64,000 nucleotides of DNA from Eledone cirrhosa (GCA_964016885.1 OZ024741.1:33852001-33916000); one strand, 5' to 3'. Shown: positions 1 to 11,854, counted from the stretch's first letter. Notes: generated from the sequence alone by a model not told the origin. Made by a program: numbers and translations.

Positions 1-632
1 GGTCAGGAAAGTTACTGAAATGATTATAAGTGCAATTGATTAGGGACAGGATTTAATTAGATGAGATGCAGTTCAGTTTTGATGCCAGGAAGAAGTACTA
101 CTGATGCCCTCTTCTCATGAGACTACTGCAGAAATATTAGTTAAGAGCAAACCTCTGTATTTGGTGTTGATCTGGGGAGTGCTTTTGACAGAGTTCCCTA
201 ATTTGTAATCTAATTTGTGGCTTAGTGGTTAGAGCATTGGGCTTGCAATCGGAAGGTTGTGAGTTCAATTCTCAGACCGGGTGATGTGTTGTTTCCTTGA
301 GCAAGACACTTTATTTCACATTGCTCCAGTTTACTCAGCTGTAGAAATAAGATGATAGGACTGGGGTCCCTATCATTCCACTGCAAAGTGGTCGTGGAGG
401 TGCCACAGCAAAAAAACACCCAGCCCACACTGTAAAGTGGACGTGTAGGTGCCACGGAAAAAAAAGCATCCAGCACTCACTGAAAGTGAGGTTGGTGTTA
501 GGAAGGGCATCCAGCTGTAGAAATCAAGCCAGAATCAGTTCCCGTCCCACCCTTGCAAGCAGGGAAAAGCGGACGTAAAATGATGATGATGATGATGATG
601 AGTGATAAGCAAGTTAGGTGTAGATGAATGGC
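1..632 (+). pseudogene. Degenerate RTE-clade LINE reverse-transcriptase fragment, interrupted by a SINE at ~216-600
   Basis: 1-212 aligns by eye to the RT region at 4770-4990 (DEMQF, RSTTDALF, KSKPLYL, AFDRVP). KLGVDEW resumes at ~608-630, just after the SINE. Confidence 0.8.
216..600 (+). mobile_element. tRNA-derived SINE, family 1 (CORE-like central motif, RTE-derived 3' tail ending in (GAT)n)
   Basis: A box TGGCTTAGTGG, B box GAGTTCAATTC, CCTTGAGCAAGACACTT core-like motif, tail GGAAAAGCGGACGTAAAA(TGA)n. Near-identical copies at 46993-47374 and 47811-48147. Confidence 0.9.
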
Positions 633-716
633 ATGAGATGAAGCCTTGGGAAGATGAACCTTACAACAGAGATGACAAAGGACCATAAGTTGATCTTGAC
701 TGGCGTTTGAACTCAT

Positions 717-982
717 AGTGCAGTGAGCTGGAACATAGAGTGCAGTGAGCTGGAACATAGAGTGGAGCAAGCTGGAACATAGAGTGCAGCAAGCTGGAAC
801 ATAGAGTGCAGCAAGCTGGAACATAGAGTGCAGCGAGCTGGAACATAGAATGCAGCAAGCTGGAACATAGAGTGCAGCGAGCTGCAACATAGTGTGCAAC
901 AAATTGGAACATAGAGTGCAGCAAGCTGGAACATAGAGTGCAGCAAGCTGGAACATAGAGTGCAGTGAGCTGGACCATAGAG
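717..982. repeat. 22-bp minisatellite (AGTGCAGCAAGCTGGAACATAG), ~12 copies
   Basis: Direct tandem units visible. Explains the repetitive ORFs at 498-1118. Confidence 0.9.
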
Positions 983-1339
983 CAAAGCAATTAATCCAAT
1001 GTCCCCCTAGCAACTCAACCAAATCAACACCATAACATTGGTGAAATGAAGCATAAAATTGAACATCTATTTGATTTGATACAAATAAAATGATTCTGGA
1101 AGAATTTTGTTTTGACAATGAATTAAAATGGTAGATATCAGTACTTCATGTTTACAAACAACTGATGTGAAAGCAGTCAAGTATATTCAACATTTATTTT
1201 TACCATTTCAAAGCACCAAACACTATCAAAAATCATGTTTTCATGTATTTTTATCTTGCCTATAATTGTCTGGTATAATTCATTCTTCAATAAAAAAAAA
1301 ATATTTGGGAAAAGATTGTTTTGAATCAAACAGTGAATG

Positions 1340-1504
1340 TTTTCATAAGGGGACACTTTCGTGGGGGACAGTCTCATGAGGGGACAGTTTCATGAGGGTA
1401 CAGTTTCATGAGGCAACAGTTTCATGAGGGGACAGTTTCATGAGGAGACAGTTTCACAAGGGGACAGTTTGATAAGGGGACAGTTTCATGAGGGGACAGT
1501 TTCA
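1340..1504. repeat. 16-bp minisatellite (GGGGACAGTTTCATGA), ~10 copies
   Basis: Direct tandem units visible. Confidence 0.9.
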
Positions 1505-1559
1505 AATTTGAATGTGGGCAAAATATCAACCATGGTACCACTACCATAGAATTTTCTTT

Positions 1560-2520
1560 GTTTTGCAGTGTTGTGGGATGTAGTATATTGTGGTGTAGTC
1601 CAGTGGAATGCAGTGTAGTGTAGTGCAGTGACGTGTGGTGTAGTGCAGTGTAGTGTAGTGCAGTGATGTGTGGTGTAGTGCAGTGTAGTGAAGTGATGTG
1701 ATGTAGTGCAGTGTAGTGTAGTGTAGTGATGTGTGGTGTAGTGTATTATAGTGTAGTGTAATGTAATGTAGTGTAGTGATGTAGTGTAGTGTGGTGTAGT
1801 GTTATGTAATGTAGTGCAGTGTAGTGTGGTGTCGGTTGATGTGATGTGATGTAGTGCAGTGTAGTGTGGTGTAGTGTTATGTAATGTATTTTAGTGTAGT
1901 GTGGTGTAGTGTAATGTGATGTAGTGCAGTCTAGTGTGGTGTAGTGTTATGTAATGTAATGCAGCGTAGTGTAATGTTATATGATGTGATGTAGTGTAGT
2001 GATGTATTGTGTGTGGTGTAGTGTATTATAGTATAGTGTAATGTAATATAGTGTAGTGTGGTGTAGTTTGATGCAATGTAGTGCAGTGTAGTGTGATGTG
2101 ATGTAGTGCAGTGTAGTGTAGTGGTGTGTAGTGTAGTGTGGTGTAGTGTGATATAATGTAATGAAGTGTAATATAATGTGATGTGATGTAATGTAGTGTA
2201 GTGAGGTGTGGTGTAGTGTATTATAGTGTAGTGTACTGTAATATAGTGTAGTGTAGTGGGATGCAGTGTAGTGTAGTGACATGTAGTGTAGTATAGTGGT
2301 GTGTGATGTAGTGATATATGTTGTAGTGATGTGTAGTAGTGTGGCGTAGTGTTTTATAGTGTAGTGTAATGTAGTGTAGTGTAGTGGTGTGTGGTGTGTG
2401 TTGTAGTGATTGTAGTAGTGTGGTGTAGTGTGATGTAGTGGGGTAATGATATGGGTGTTTAGTTATGTGTGCTGTAGTCTATTACAATATAGTATAGAGC
2501 AGTGTATGTTGTGGTAGTAC
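1560..2520. repeat. Degenerate (GTAGT)n pentanucleotide microsatellite
   Basis: Continuous GTAGT/GTGGT/GTGAT units. Confidence 0.9.
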
Positions 2521-2595
2521 CTACGTTACCATACATCATGTAAATATCAGAGGCATACCTCAGCACAATCAATATATATATATATATATATATAT

Positions 2596-2949
2596 TAGAA
2601 AGTGAGGGTTTTTTTTACAAAATGAAAAATAACCGAGGTGTCCTACACGAGTGGAAGTATAAAGAAAAAGGGATGAAATCGAAAATGCAACTGAAGTCTT
2701 ATTTTTTTAAAAAATATATATATTTATTTGGTTCCTTTACCGGTTTCGCAGTTCTTCTGCTTTTCAAAAGGTGAGTTGAGATGGAGGGTCTGTGGTTTTT
2801 CTCACATCTGAGAAAAACCACAGACCCTCCATCTCAACTCACCTTTTGAAAAGCAGAAGAACTGCGAAACCGGTAAAGGAACCAAATAAATATATATATA
2901 TTTTTTTTAAAATAAGACTTCAGTTGCATTTTCGATTTCATCCCTTTTT

Positions 2950-2956
<7 letters not shown>
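2596..2956. mobile_element. Palindromic Penelope-like pseudo-LTR element (arms 2658-2804 and 2809-2956) between (TA)n tracts
   Basis: Near-perfect ~148-bp inverted arms around the loop CATC. A single-arm copy lies at ~53030-53213. Confidence 0.7.
2842..2879 (+). ncRNA. Minimal type I hammerhead ribozyme motif with U3-A8 core variant
   Basis: CCTT-TTGAAAA-GCAG(AAGAA)CTGC-GAAA-CCGG-TA-AAGG, followed by AATAAA. Mirror copy on the minus strand at ~2734-2771. Confidence 0.7.
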
Positions 2957-3010
<54 letters not shown>

Positions 3011-3078
3011 AATAAAGTAAGGAGCGCGGGACTGCGTACTGTTTATAATTTTTTATCCCATTACTTTGAATAAATAAT

Positions 3079-3264
3079 TGTTTCTACTTTTGGCCCAAGG
3101 CCAGCAATTACCCAGTACATTACTGGTACTTTATTTTATCGACCCCGTAAGGATGAAAGGCAAAGTCAACCTCGGCGGGGTTTGAATTCAGAATGGCAAG
3201 GGCAGTAACTCTATGCATCAAAGCATGGCGTCCGACCCTCTACCGATACTGCCAATCCACCGCC
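3079..3264 (-). mobile_element. tRNA-derived SINE, family 2 (Meta-domain-like), full length with 16-bp target-site duplication
   Basis: Minus strand reads GGCGGTGGATTGGCAGTATCGGTAG, then B-box-like ATTCAAACC, then GCCTTTCATCCTTACGGGGTCGATAAAA. TSD ACTTTGAATAAATAAT at 3063-3078 and 3265-3280. Confidence 0.9.
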
Positions 3265-3656
3265 ACTTTGAATAAATAATGAATGAATATTAGATAATTT
3301 ATCTACTAAATTTCGTGGCTGTTGATTAAATATATTTTGTTTATTTAAAGATTCACTTCTTTAACATTTTTGAAATGTCAACACTTCCAGTTGGCGATCG
3401 TTTAAATAAACATACTAATTTTCTGTCACTAATTTTCTCCTAATGCAGTTTATATATAATATCGTCTTTTTTTAATGTATCATGGATTACGTTACTGATT
3501 ACATAAAACTGTGTAACACAGTCTCCGTTCAATTTCTATGTATTATATATTGTCGATTACGATTTTATTTGATGTATCATATCTACATGTATATAATATC
3601 ACCTGTGTATCATATCAATATATACACACTACACATGCTAGTATATATATATATTT

Positions 3657-3875
3657 AAGTTTGTGTGTATTTAATATATAAATGGCTTCTATAGAACAAG
3701 AGCTGTTTCATTCAAAAGAAATCATCAGTAAAACCTGATGATTTCTTTTGAATGAAACAGTCTTAGTCCTGTAGAAGCCATTTCTATATTAAACATGCAA
3801 ACATGATGTTTACACTCTACTAATGTATTGAGTACCTTACTAACTGTGATTACCACCGATTGAGCCCGAGCTCAC
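3657..3875. mobile_element. Fold-back PLE-like element with CTGATGA...GAAAC hammerhead-like core at the palindrome centre
   Basis: Inverted arms around TAAAAC (3729-3734); CTGATGA 3735-3741; GAAAC 3754-3758. Related fragments at ~36520-36650, 41400-41545, 51775-51855 and 58450-58500. Confidence 0.6.
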
Positions 3876-3892
3876 ATATGTATATATATATA

Positions 3893-3944
<52 letters not shown>

Positions 3945-4179
3945 TCAGAAGATCCCGTTAAGGGTGAAAGCAGCGATTCTTTGCTTAAACTTTAATCTGT
4001 TATTTTAATATATACATATATATCATCATCATCACCGTTTTACGTCCGTTGTTCCATGCTAGCATGGGTTAGACTATATATATATAATGTATGTATACAT
4101 ATATATTATATATATATATATATTTGATTTAAAACTGCACTATCCACAAGTGTTTTTTAGCCTTCATATCATGTTCTCC

Positions 4180-4250
4180 TGTTTCATCTGATGAAAACAC
4201 AAATATTATTGCATGATGATGTTTGTTTTTGAAATGCGCATAATAAAATA
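4180..4250 (+). ncRNA. Type I hammerhead ribozyme motif (family A, copy 1)
   Basis: CTGATGA 4188-4194, long stem II, GAAA 4231-4234, palindromic ATGCGCAT stem III, AUA cleavage site, stem I partner ATAAAATA. Confidence 0.7.
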
Positions 4251-4310
4251 CATGGAACTCCTTTAACCATCTTTTGATCTTATATTATATATATATGTAT
4301 ATATATATAT

Positions 4311-6676
4311 AGGATTGCTAGGCAATGTGTCAAGGAAAACAGTGATATTGTCGGGGAGAAGTGTGTCCTTAATGATGATGGTGTACTTGCCATCACTGAC
4401 GCTGATAAGAAGGTAGCTTGGAAGTGTCACTACGAAAGGCTACTAAATGAGAAGAAGAATTCGGAGAAAGACAGTCTCCCCCACATCGACCCAATAGAGG
4501 GACCAGCAGTGCAAGTTGAAGGTAGTATAAGTAAGGCGATCAAAGACATGAAGACGGGCAAGGCGGCCGGGCCTTCTGAAATAGTTGCTGAAATGCTGAA
4601 AGCATCTGGAACGGTGGGATACACTATGGTCACTCGGATAGTAAACCAAGTCATACAGAATGGGATCGTTCCGAAGGACTGGCGTATCAGCATCATCATT
4701 AACTGCTACAAGGGTAAAGGTGATGCCCTAGATAGGGGAAACTATAGAGGCATTAAATTAATTGACCAGGTCATGAAGGTCACAGAAAAAGTAATAGCGC
4801 AACTAATCAGAGAGTGAATTGATCTAGATGAAATGCAGTTCGGGTGTGTGTCAGGTAAAAGTACAACAGACGCTCTCTTCATTGTACGACAACTACAGGA
4901 GAAGTACCTAGCTAAAAGTAAACCCCTATACTTAGCCTTTGTTGACTTGGAGAAAGCCTTTGACAGAGTACCCCGCTCGATTATCTGGTGGGCCCTTAGA
5001 AAACTAGGTGTTGATGAATGGCTTGTGAGAGCTATACAAGCCATGTATAAAGAAACAGTCAGCAAGGTTAGAATTAACAACGAATATAGTGAAGAGTTTA
5101 GCGTAAAAGTTGGTGTTCATCAGGGCTCCGTTTTTAGCCCCCTACTAATTATTATTGCCCTTTTGGCTATAACAGAGGAGTTCAAGACTGGCTGCCCATG
5201 GGAACTCCTATATGCAGATGATCTAACGCTCATAGCTGAATCAATGGCGGAACTAGAGAAGAAATTCCAAACATGGAAGCATGGCCTAGAATCAAAAGGC
5301 TTTAAAGTTAACTTGTCTAAGACTAAAGTTCTAGTTTGTAGGAAGGAAAATAGGGCACCGGTCCCATCTGGGAAATGGCCATGCTCAGTGTGTAAGAAAG
5401 GAGTAGGTAGAAACACCATTTTATGTCCCAAATGCAAAGTATGGGTACATAAAAGATGTAGTGGGATCACAGGTAAGCTAACTAAGAATATAGATTTTAT
5501 ATGTGGCTGGTGCTCTGGTGCAATAAGTAGCAGCAAGTGCCCACAGAATACTAGCTCATTCCATTGCACAGATGGTTCTATAGAAACAGTGGACAGCTTC
5601 CGTTACCTGGGTGACAAAATCAGCAGTGGGGAGTGTGCTCTGAAAGTACAGTAGCTAGAGTCAGAACGGGATGGAAAAAGTTCAGAGAGCTTATACCACT
5701 ATTGGCCGCTAAAGGGTTCTCTCTAAAAATGAAAGGCAGGCTGTATGATGCCTGCATACGAACAGCAATGTTACATGGCAGTGAAACCTGGGCATTGTGT
5801 GCAGAGGATATACGCAGACTGGAGAGAAACGAAGCTTGCATGTTCCGCTGGATGTGTAATAGTAATATACGTGAACGGCAAAGCATAAACGAACTAAGGA
5901 AGAAATTAGGAATAAGAGGGATCAGATGCTGTTTACTCGAGAGAAGACTACGTTGGTACGGTCACGTGATGCGCATGAAAGACGACAGCTGTATAAAAAA
6001 AGTGCAGGGCGATAAAAATAGACGGTAGTCACGGAGTAGGCAGACCTATAAAAACCTGGGACGACCTGATAAATTCCGACCTCACACACTTACACCTCTC
6101 CAAGACAATGTCACTGGACCGAGATCTTTGGCGCTACACAGTTATACAGAAGACACGCCTTGCCTAAGTACAAAGCGAAACCTACAGTCAGTAGGCACCT
6201 CTAACAAAATACACCCCGTCCCACTAACCCCCCCCCATCCCCCCACCCCCACCCCTTAAATGTGAAGTTATGTTGGTGCCACAACATCTAGTCCGAAACA
6301 AATGAGGTCGTGTAGGTGTCACGACAAAAAAACACACAGTCCACGCTGTAATGTGGCCGTGTAGGTAACACGGTAAAAACCTCCCAGTACACACTGTAAA
6401 CGTGGTTGGTGTTGGGAAGGGCACCCAGCCGTAGAAAACCCGCCAGACGTGTAGGTGTCACGACAATAAAACACACAGTCCACGCTGTAATGTGGCTGTG
6501 TAGGTAACACGGTAAAAATCTCCCAGTCCACACTGTAAATGTGGTTGGTGTTAGGAAGGGCATCCAGAAAACCCGCCAGACAGTCCTGAGCAAGACAACC
6601 AATCTTGCCTCAAGTGGGACAATTCCCGTCCAGACCCATGCTAGCGTGGAAAATGGACGTTAAACGATGATGATGA

Positions 6677-6678
<2 letters not shown>
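4311..6678 (+). mobile_element. 5'-truncated RTE-clade LINE (RT pseudogene with stop at ~4815 and frameshift at ~5636), 3' UTR and (GAT)n tail
   Basis: RT motifs KGKGD...NYRGIKL, QFG, FVDLEKAFD, GVHQGS, LYADD, FRYLG, RRLRWYGHVMR. Tail CATGCTAGCGTGGAAAATGGACGTTAAAC(GAT)n. Confidence 0.95.
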
Positions 6679-6950
<272 letters not shown>

Positions 6951-7149
6951 AATATGGTCTATATTAATTTCTAAAACAGCTGAGTTCTTCCATTTGGCAC
7001 AAGTTGAAGATAGGAATCTTTGCACACTACTGTAACAACTGCTGCAGTCATAGGTGCAGTTATGGGTGCAACTGTTGTTGTTGTTGTCGCAGATGTTGAC
7101 AAATGGTTCAGAAAATTATGCCAATAATGCATGCTGGGTATTTCTTGAG

Positions 7150-7745
7150 AAGTGGTGATGGTGGTGGTGGTGGAGAGATGGTGGGGGTGGGGTGTCTGTA
7201 GTGGTTGTGGAGGGATGGTGTGGATGTGTGTGGTGGTGGTGGTAGTGGTGGTGGGTGGATGCTGGAGGTGGGATGTCTGTAGTGGTTGTGGTAGTAGTGG
7301 TGGTAGTGGTGGTGTTGGTGGTGGTTGTGGAGGGATGGTGGGGCTGGGGGTGTCTGTGGTAGTAGTGGTGGTAGTGGTGGTGTTAGTGGTGGTGATAGTG
7401 GAATGGTGGTGGTGGGGGTGTCTGTAGTGGTTGTGGTAGTAGTGGGTGGTAGTGGTGGTGTTGGTGGTGGTGGTGGTAGTGGTTCTTGTGTTGGTGGTAG
7501 TGGTGGTGGTAGTAGTGGTGGTAGTGGTTGTTGTGGTAGTGGTTGTGGTGTGGTGTTGGTGGAGGGTTGGTGTGTGTGTCTGTGCTGGTGGTAGTAGTGG
7601 TGGTGGTGTTGGACGTGAGAGGTTGCTTCTGTTGATACAGATGTATTCAAAAATTTATCTTGTTATGATGTCACTTACTGTATTGTGGAATAGTGATAAC
7701 AATAACCACAACCACAACCACAACAACCACAACAACAACAACAAA
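7150..7745. repeat. (GGT/AGT)n low-complexity tract followed by (AAC)n
   Basis: Direct. Confidence 0.85.
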
Positions 7746-8930
7746 AAGTGGTCACAACCTCGACCGGTTTAAAAAAGACTTAGCTTCTACCTTCAATAAA
7801 TTAGGCCTTAGGATAACAGTAGCTACCAACCTCTCTAGCGTAGATTTCTTAGACATTCATTTAGACCTTCGCACACACACACCTACAGACCCTTCCAAAA
7901 GCTAAACGAAAAACTCCATTACATTCACAAGGACTCATGCCACCCTCCCACTGTTTTTAGAAACTTCGTAAATAATATCAGTACTAGAATCTCAAACCTC
8001 TCCTCTAATAAGGCTATCTTTGACAGGGCGGCACCCTACTATAACACGGCGTTAGCTAACAGCGGCTTCTCGCAACCTATCACTTACTCTCCCACTAACA
8101 ACAACAGCAATAAGAAAAGAAAGCGTAACAATAGACAAACTATCTGGTTCTCTCCTCCCATCTAACTCAACGTTAAAACCAATGTAGGCAAAAAAATTCT
8201 AGCCCTCTTAGATAGACACTTTCCCATAGGTCATATATACCGCTCCATCTTTAACCGACACAAAGTAAAACTAGGATGCTCCTGCGCTAAGACAATGAAG
8301 GCCCACATCACCAACAGCCCTAAGAACAATACCCCACCAGGGTGCTCTTGCCGTAAGCCCGAAGCTTGTCCCCTTCAACAGCAATACAACACACCTGCTG
8401 TAGTTTATGAAGCTGTGGTCACTTCCAACCGACCAAATCAACCACAAGAGGTCAAATCCTATGTGGGTATGACGGAGGGCCGATTTAAGAAACGCTTCCT
8501 GAACACCAGTCGACCTTTAGGTACCCGGACAGACGTTCATCCACAAAATTCGCGAGCCACGTATGGTCCCTCAAGGACTCAAGTATAGACGACTCCATTC
8601 AATGGAAAGCCATCACTAAGTCCAAGCTATACTCAAGAGGCAATCCGTCGTGTGGACTATGTATTTATGAACGAATAAATATTCTAAAGAGATTATGCAA
8701 TAGTGATTGCCTAAACACGAGAAATGAATTCTTCACACGTTATCCACACATCTGGAAACACCTCTTACAAAACTACAAAGCTCCGGATTGAATTACAACA
8801 TCCTAATTTTTTTTATCAACTAGAAACTTTCGGACTTTCGCATTTATCTCCCTTACACCTCTCGAACGCAATTTAGTATATAGAAGTGGCTACACAACAG
8901 TTAGTTCACCATACCGAGAACAATTGTTAT
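7745..8930 (+). pseudogene. Penelope-like retroelement remnant: RT C-terminus/thumb, Cys linker and GIY-YIG endonuclease (frameshifted)
   Basis: Translates to VDFLDIHLDL...YIHKDSCHPP...IWFSPP...KTNVGK...HFP...IFNRHKVKL, then CSCRKPEACPL...VVYEAVV...SYVGMTEGRFKKRF, then LNTRNEFF. These are typical PLE motifs with a C-terminal endonuclease. Confidence 0.9.
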
Positions 8931-8944
8931 ATATATATATATAT

Positions 8945-10128
8945 CCCTAGGCCACGCACATTCACGCTTCCAACTCGTAAACTAGCCATGTTGGTGAAGA
9001 AGAGTTGGAGAAAAAGGACGAAAGGTGCACTTACCTTTTCGTTTCCTGGAGATCGGGTTGTTCAATCTTCATTTGGGAAACATGGTGGGGAAACATTTTA
9101 ACAGGACGCGGTTGATGGGTTTCTGGCAGGGGTTGCCCACGTCCTGTGAAAATTTATTTTTTAGGTCATTATAGGTTTCCATAGAAACCCTTATAAGTTT
9201 AAGGTGTGGAGACGATTCTGCCTTCACAAAAGTTTTGCCCTCCGTCTCCACCTTAGGGTTTTGGGAAATGACCTCCATCAAACTCTTGTTGTTTGTGTTG
9301 ATGTATGCGTATTGTTGTTTGTGTTTTTGTTGTGTTGTTTTAGTTTGTTGTTCGTCCGGGAGTTTTCTTTTTATGGTGGGTGCTTGTGTTTGTGGAGGTG
9401 TTGGTTTTGGTTTTGCTGATAGGGGGATGTTTGACTGTGGTGTTGTTTGTGTTGTTGTTTGTGTATGTGGTTGTGTGTTGGTGTTGGTGATTGGAGTTTT
9501 GGGGGTCTTGTGGTGTCTCTTTTTTTGTTTTTTATATTTCCGCGGCTCTCCTTCTTCTTCACTTAAAGAAGGAGAAGCAGCTTCATCCGTCGATGAATAA
9601 TCATCATCAGGTGTGTGGGGTAGGGGTATGTTGTGTGGTGGTGGTGGTGTTTCGGTGTGTGTGTTTGTGGTAGTGTTTGATGGAGTGGGATGGGGTGGGG
9701 CTGTGTTCTTCAGGGGTGTTGTCTCTGTTTCTTCTGTTGTTGTTGGTTGAGTGGCTGTTTGTTTTGGTGTGGTTGCTCGTTTCGTCTGTCGTTGTACTTG
9801 TGGTGGTGATGGTGGTTGTTTTGGTGTTGGTAATAGTGTTTTTTTTAATGATGTTGTTGTGTGTTTGTGAAGGACAAGAGGCTTTTAGGTGTGCTGTGCT
9901 ACCCTAGCGAAAGCAATGAAATGTTCGTCCTTCTACCGAAATGTTTATTTTGTTGTTATCATCGATGACGACTCTTTCGGGTATTTTGGAGATTCTCTCC
10001 AGCCTCATTTGCAACAGAATCTCCAAATCAGTACCCGCCCACCATTGTCGAATAGACTTTCGTATCGAAAGAATCATATCAGTTTCTGGCTCTACGAAGC
10101 CAGCCAAGATCCACCAGATGTGGATACA
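8945..10128 (-). pseudogene. L1/Tx1-like LINE fragment: gag-like ORF1 with zinc knuckle, plus the first codons of ORF2 (APE endonuclease)
   Basis: Minus strand [21 protein letters not shown] is a CX2CX4HX4C knuckle with the second Cys mutated to a stop (~9870-9935). ATG at 8989 starts MASLRVGSVNVRGLG, the APE N-terminal NVRGL motif, cut off by (TA)n. Confidence 0.75.
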
Positions 10129-10159
10129 TAATATATATATATATATACATAATATATAT

Positions 10160-10190
<31 letters not shown>

Positions 10191-10209
10191 TTATGTATAT
10201 ATATATATG

Positions 10210-10256
<47 letters not shown>

Positions 10257-10260
10257 TATG

Positions 10261-10377
<117 letters not shown>

Positions 10378-10391
10378 GCAAGGGGAATTGT

Positions 10392-10538
10392 AAACATATA
10401 TTTGTCTGTCTTTTGAATATAGTCTTACTAGTTTAAAACTGGTTCAATCCTGATATATATATATATATGTATATATATCACGATCGAACCAGTTTTAAAC
10501 TAGTAAGACTATATTCAAAAGACAGACATATATGTTTA
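10392..10538. repeat. Palindrome with (TA)n centre (~60-bp arms)
   Basis: AAACATAT..GTCTGTCTTTTGAATATAGTCTTACTAGTTTAAAACTGGTTC and its reverse complement flank a TA run. Confidence 0.85.
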
Positions 10539-11854
10539 ATCAGCTCTTGAATATCACTAGAATTCTATAAGAATCCAGCTTCTATAAGTCTTGGCAGAAG
10601 CGAAGGGATATGCAATCTTGATAACCGCTACCGAGCGAGTAACAGCTGTCGGTTGCTTCCCTTTGTTTTTGCCGAGACTAAGTAAGTGACATTGTCACTA
10701 CTTTAAAACTCATATTGAATGGTCTTCAAAATGTTTATATATATTGCTTTTTGCTGAACTCCTTATTTTAGAGTTTTTTTTCGGAATGTTTTTGACTGTT
10801 GTTTCATGTAAACAAACATTCGTCTCATTCTGACGTCACCAGCCCTGTTTTTCCACATGTGCGTTTTATTTTCATAATCACGCATGATGTTAAACTAGCC
10901 TGCTTTTAAATTCCCTTTTTGGCATATTAATCAGTGAGATTTTGATTATCATGTTGAGCTCTGCTGACGATCGAATTCCAACCGTGACCGTCCCCACTGA
11001 AAGTTTTCATGAAATAGTCTTTTCAAGACTATACAGAGCATTTGTAGTTGTTCCAAATTGAAGGATGAGTATTTTAAACTTTATTTTATCATGAGTTAAG
11101 GCTCTATTGATTTTTCAATGGATTTCACTAAATTCTGTTGGATAAGTCTATATCCTGATTCTTTTTGAATTGAGTTTGAATTATTTTTCTCACACCTTAC
11201 GTTAACTATTTTCCCATTTTGACTCTATAGTCACTTATATATTATGGAATACTGTTGGCTTCTTGCTACAATAATTTCTATACTTTTTATATATATGTGG
11301 CCAGGCTAATGATATACAATCAGGAATGTGCAGCAAAGCACTCGATATGGTTGTGTCAGCTTAGAGTAATAACATACGTTATAAAGCTTGACAAATTGAA
11401 GACTGCAACCGGTGACCCAGCCACATGAGCCAAAGCAGCGAGAAATCCAACTCAGGTAATTGACAAACCTGGACCATCTCATCGATATTAAGCAATATCT
11501 CCGATAGGTTTCTATGAAACCGAAATCAACAATTCCCCTTGCACAGTATGCAAGTTTTGGGCTCTGGATGAACAAACAGTGGATTCACTTTATCAACAGG
11601 CTTCCGTTCTGTGCCGCGAGAGGGTGTGAGTCGTAGCAGTAAATTGCTGGCGGTCACGTGGTTTTTCCCCCAAAGGGAGGTAACCCCCGGTTTTTGGCGG
11701 TCGAATTCAAATTGTGAACAAAGGAATAAATTCCATTCCACAAACCGAATAAAGCTCTCGACTAGACGTTATTAAACAAACATAAATAATTGACCAATCA
11801 ATAGAATTGTCTAATTAAATTAATTAATTAATCATTAAGTCTAGGAGATAATAA

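Noticed and set aside
216-290. tRNA gene
   Set aside because: A and B boxes are present, but the sequence continues into a multi-copy SINE body and tail, so it is a SINE head.
498-1118. Cys-rich 206-aa ORF
   Set aside because: It is a translation of a 22-bp minisatellite plus a SINE tail.
3941-3990. Possible hammerhead (CAGAAGA-TCCCGTTAAGGGT-GAAA)
   Set aside because: The core has U4A and no convincing stems I or III could be drawn. At most a decayed relic.
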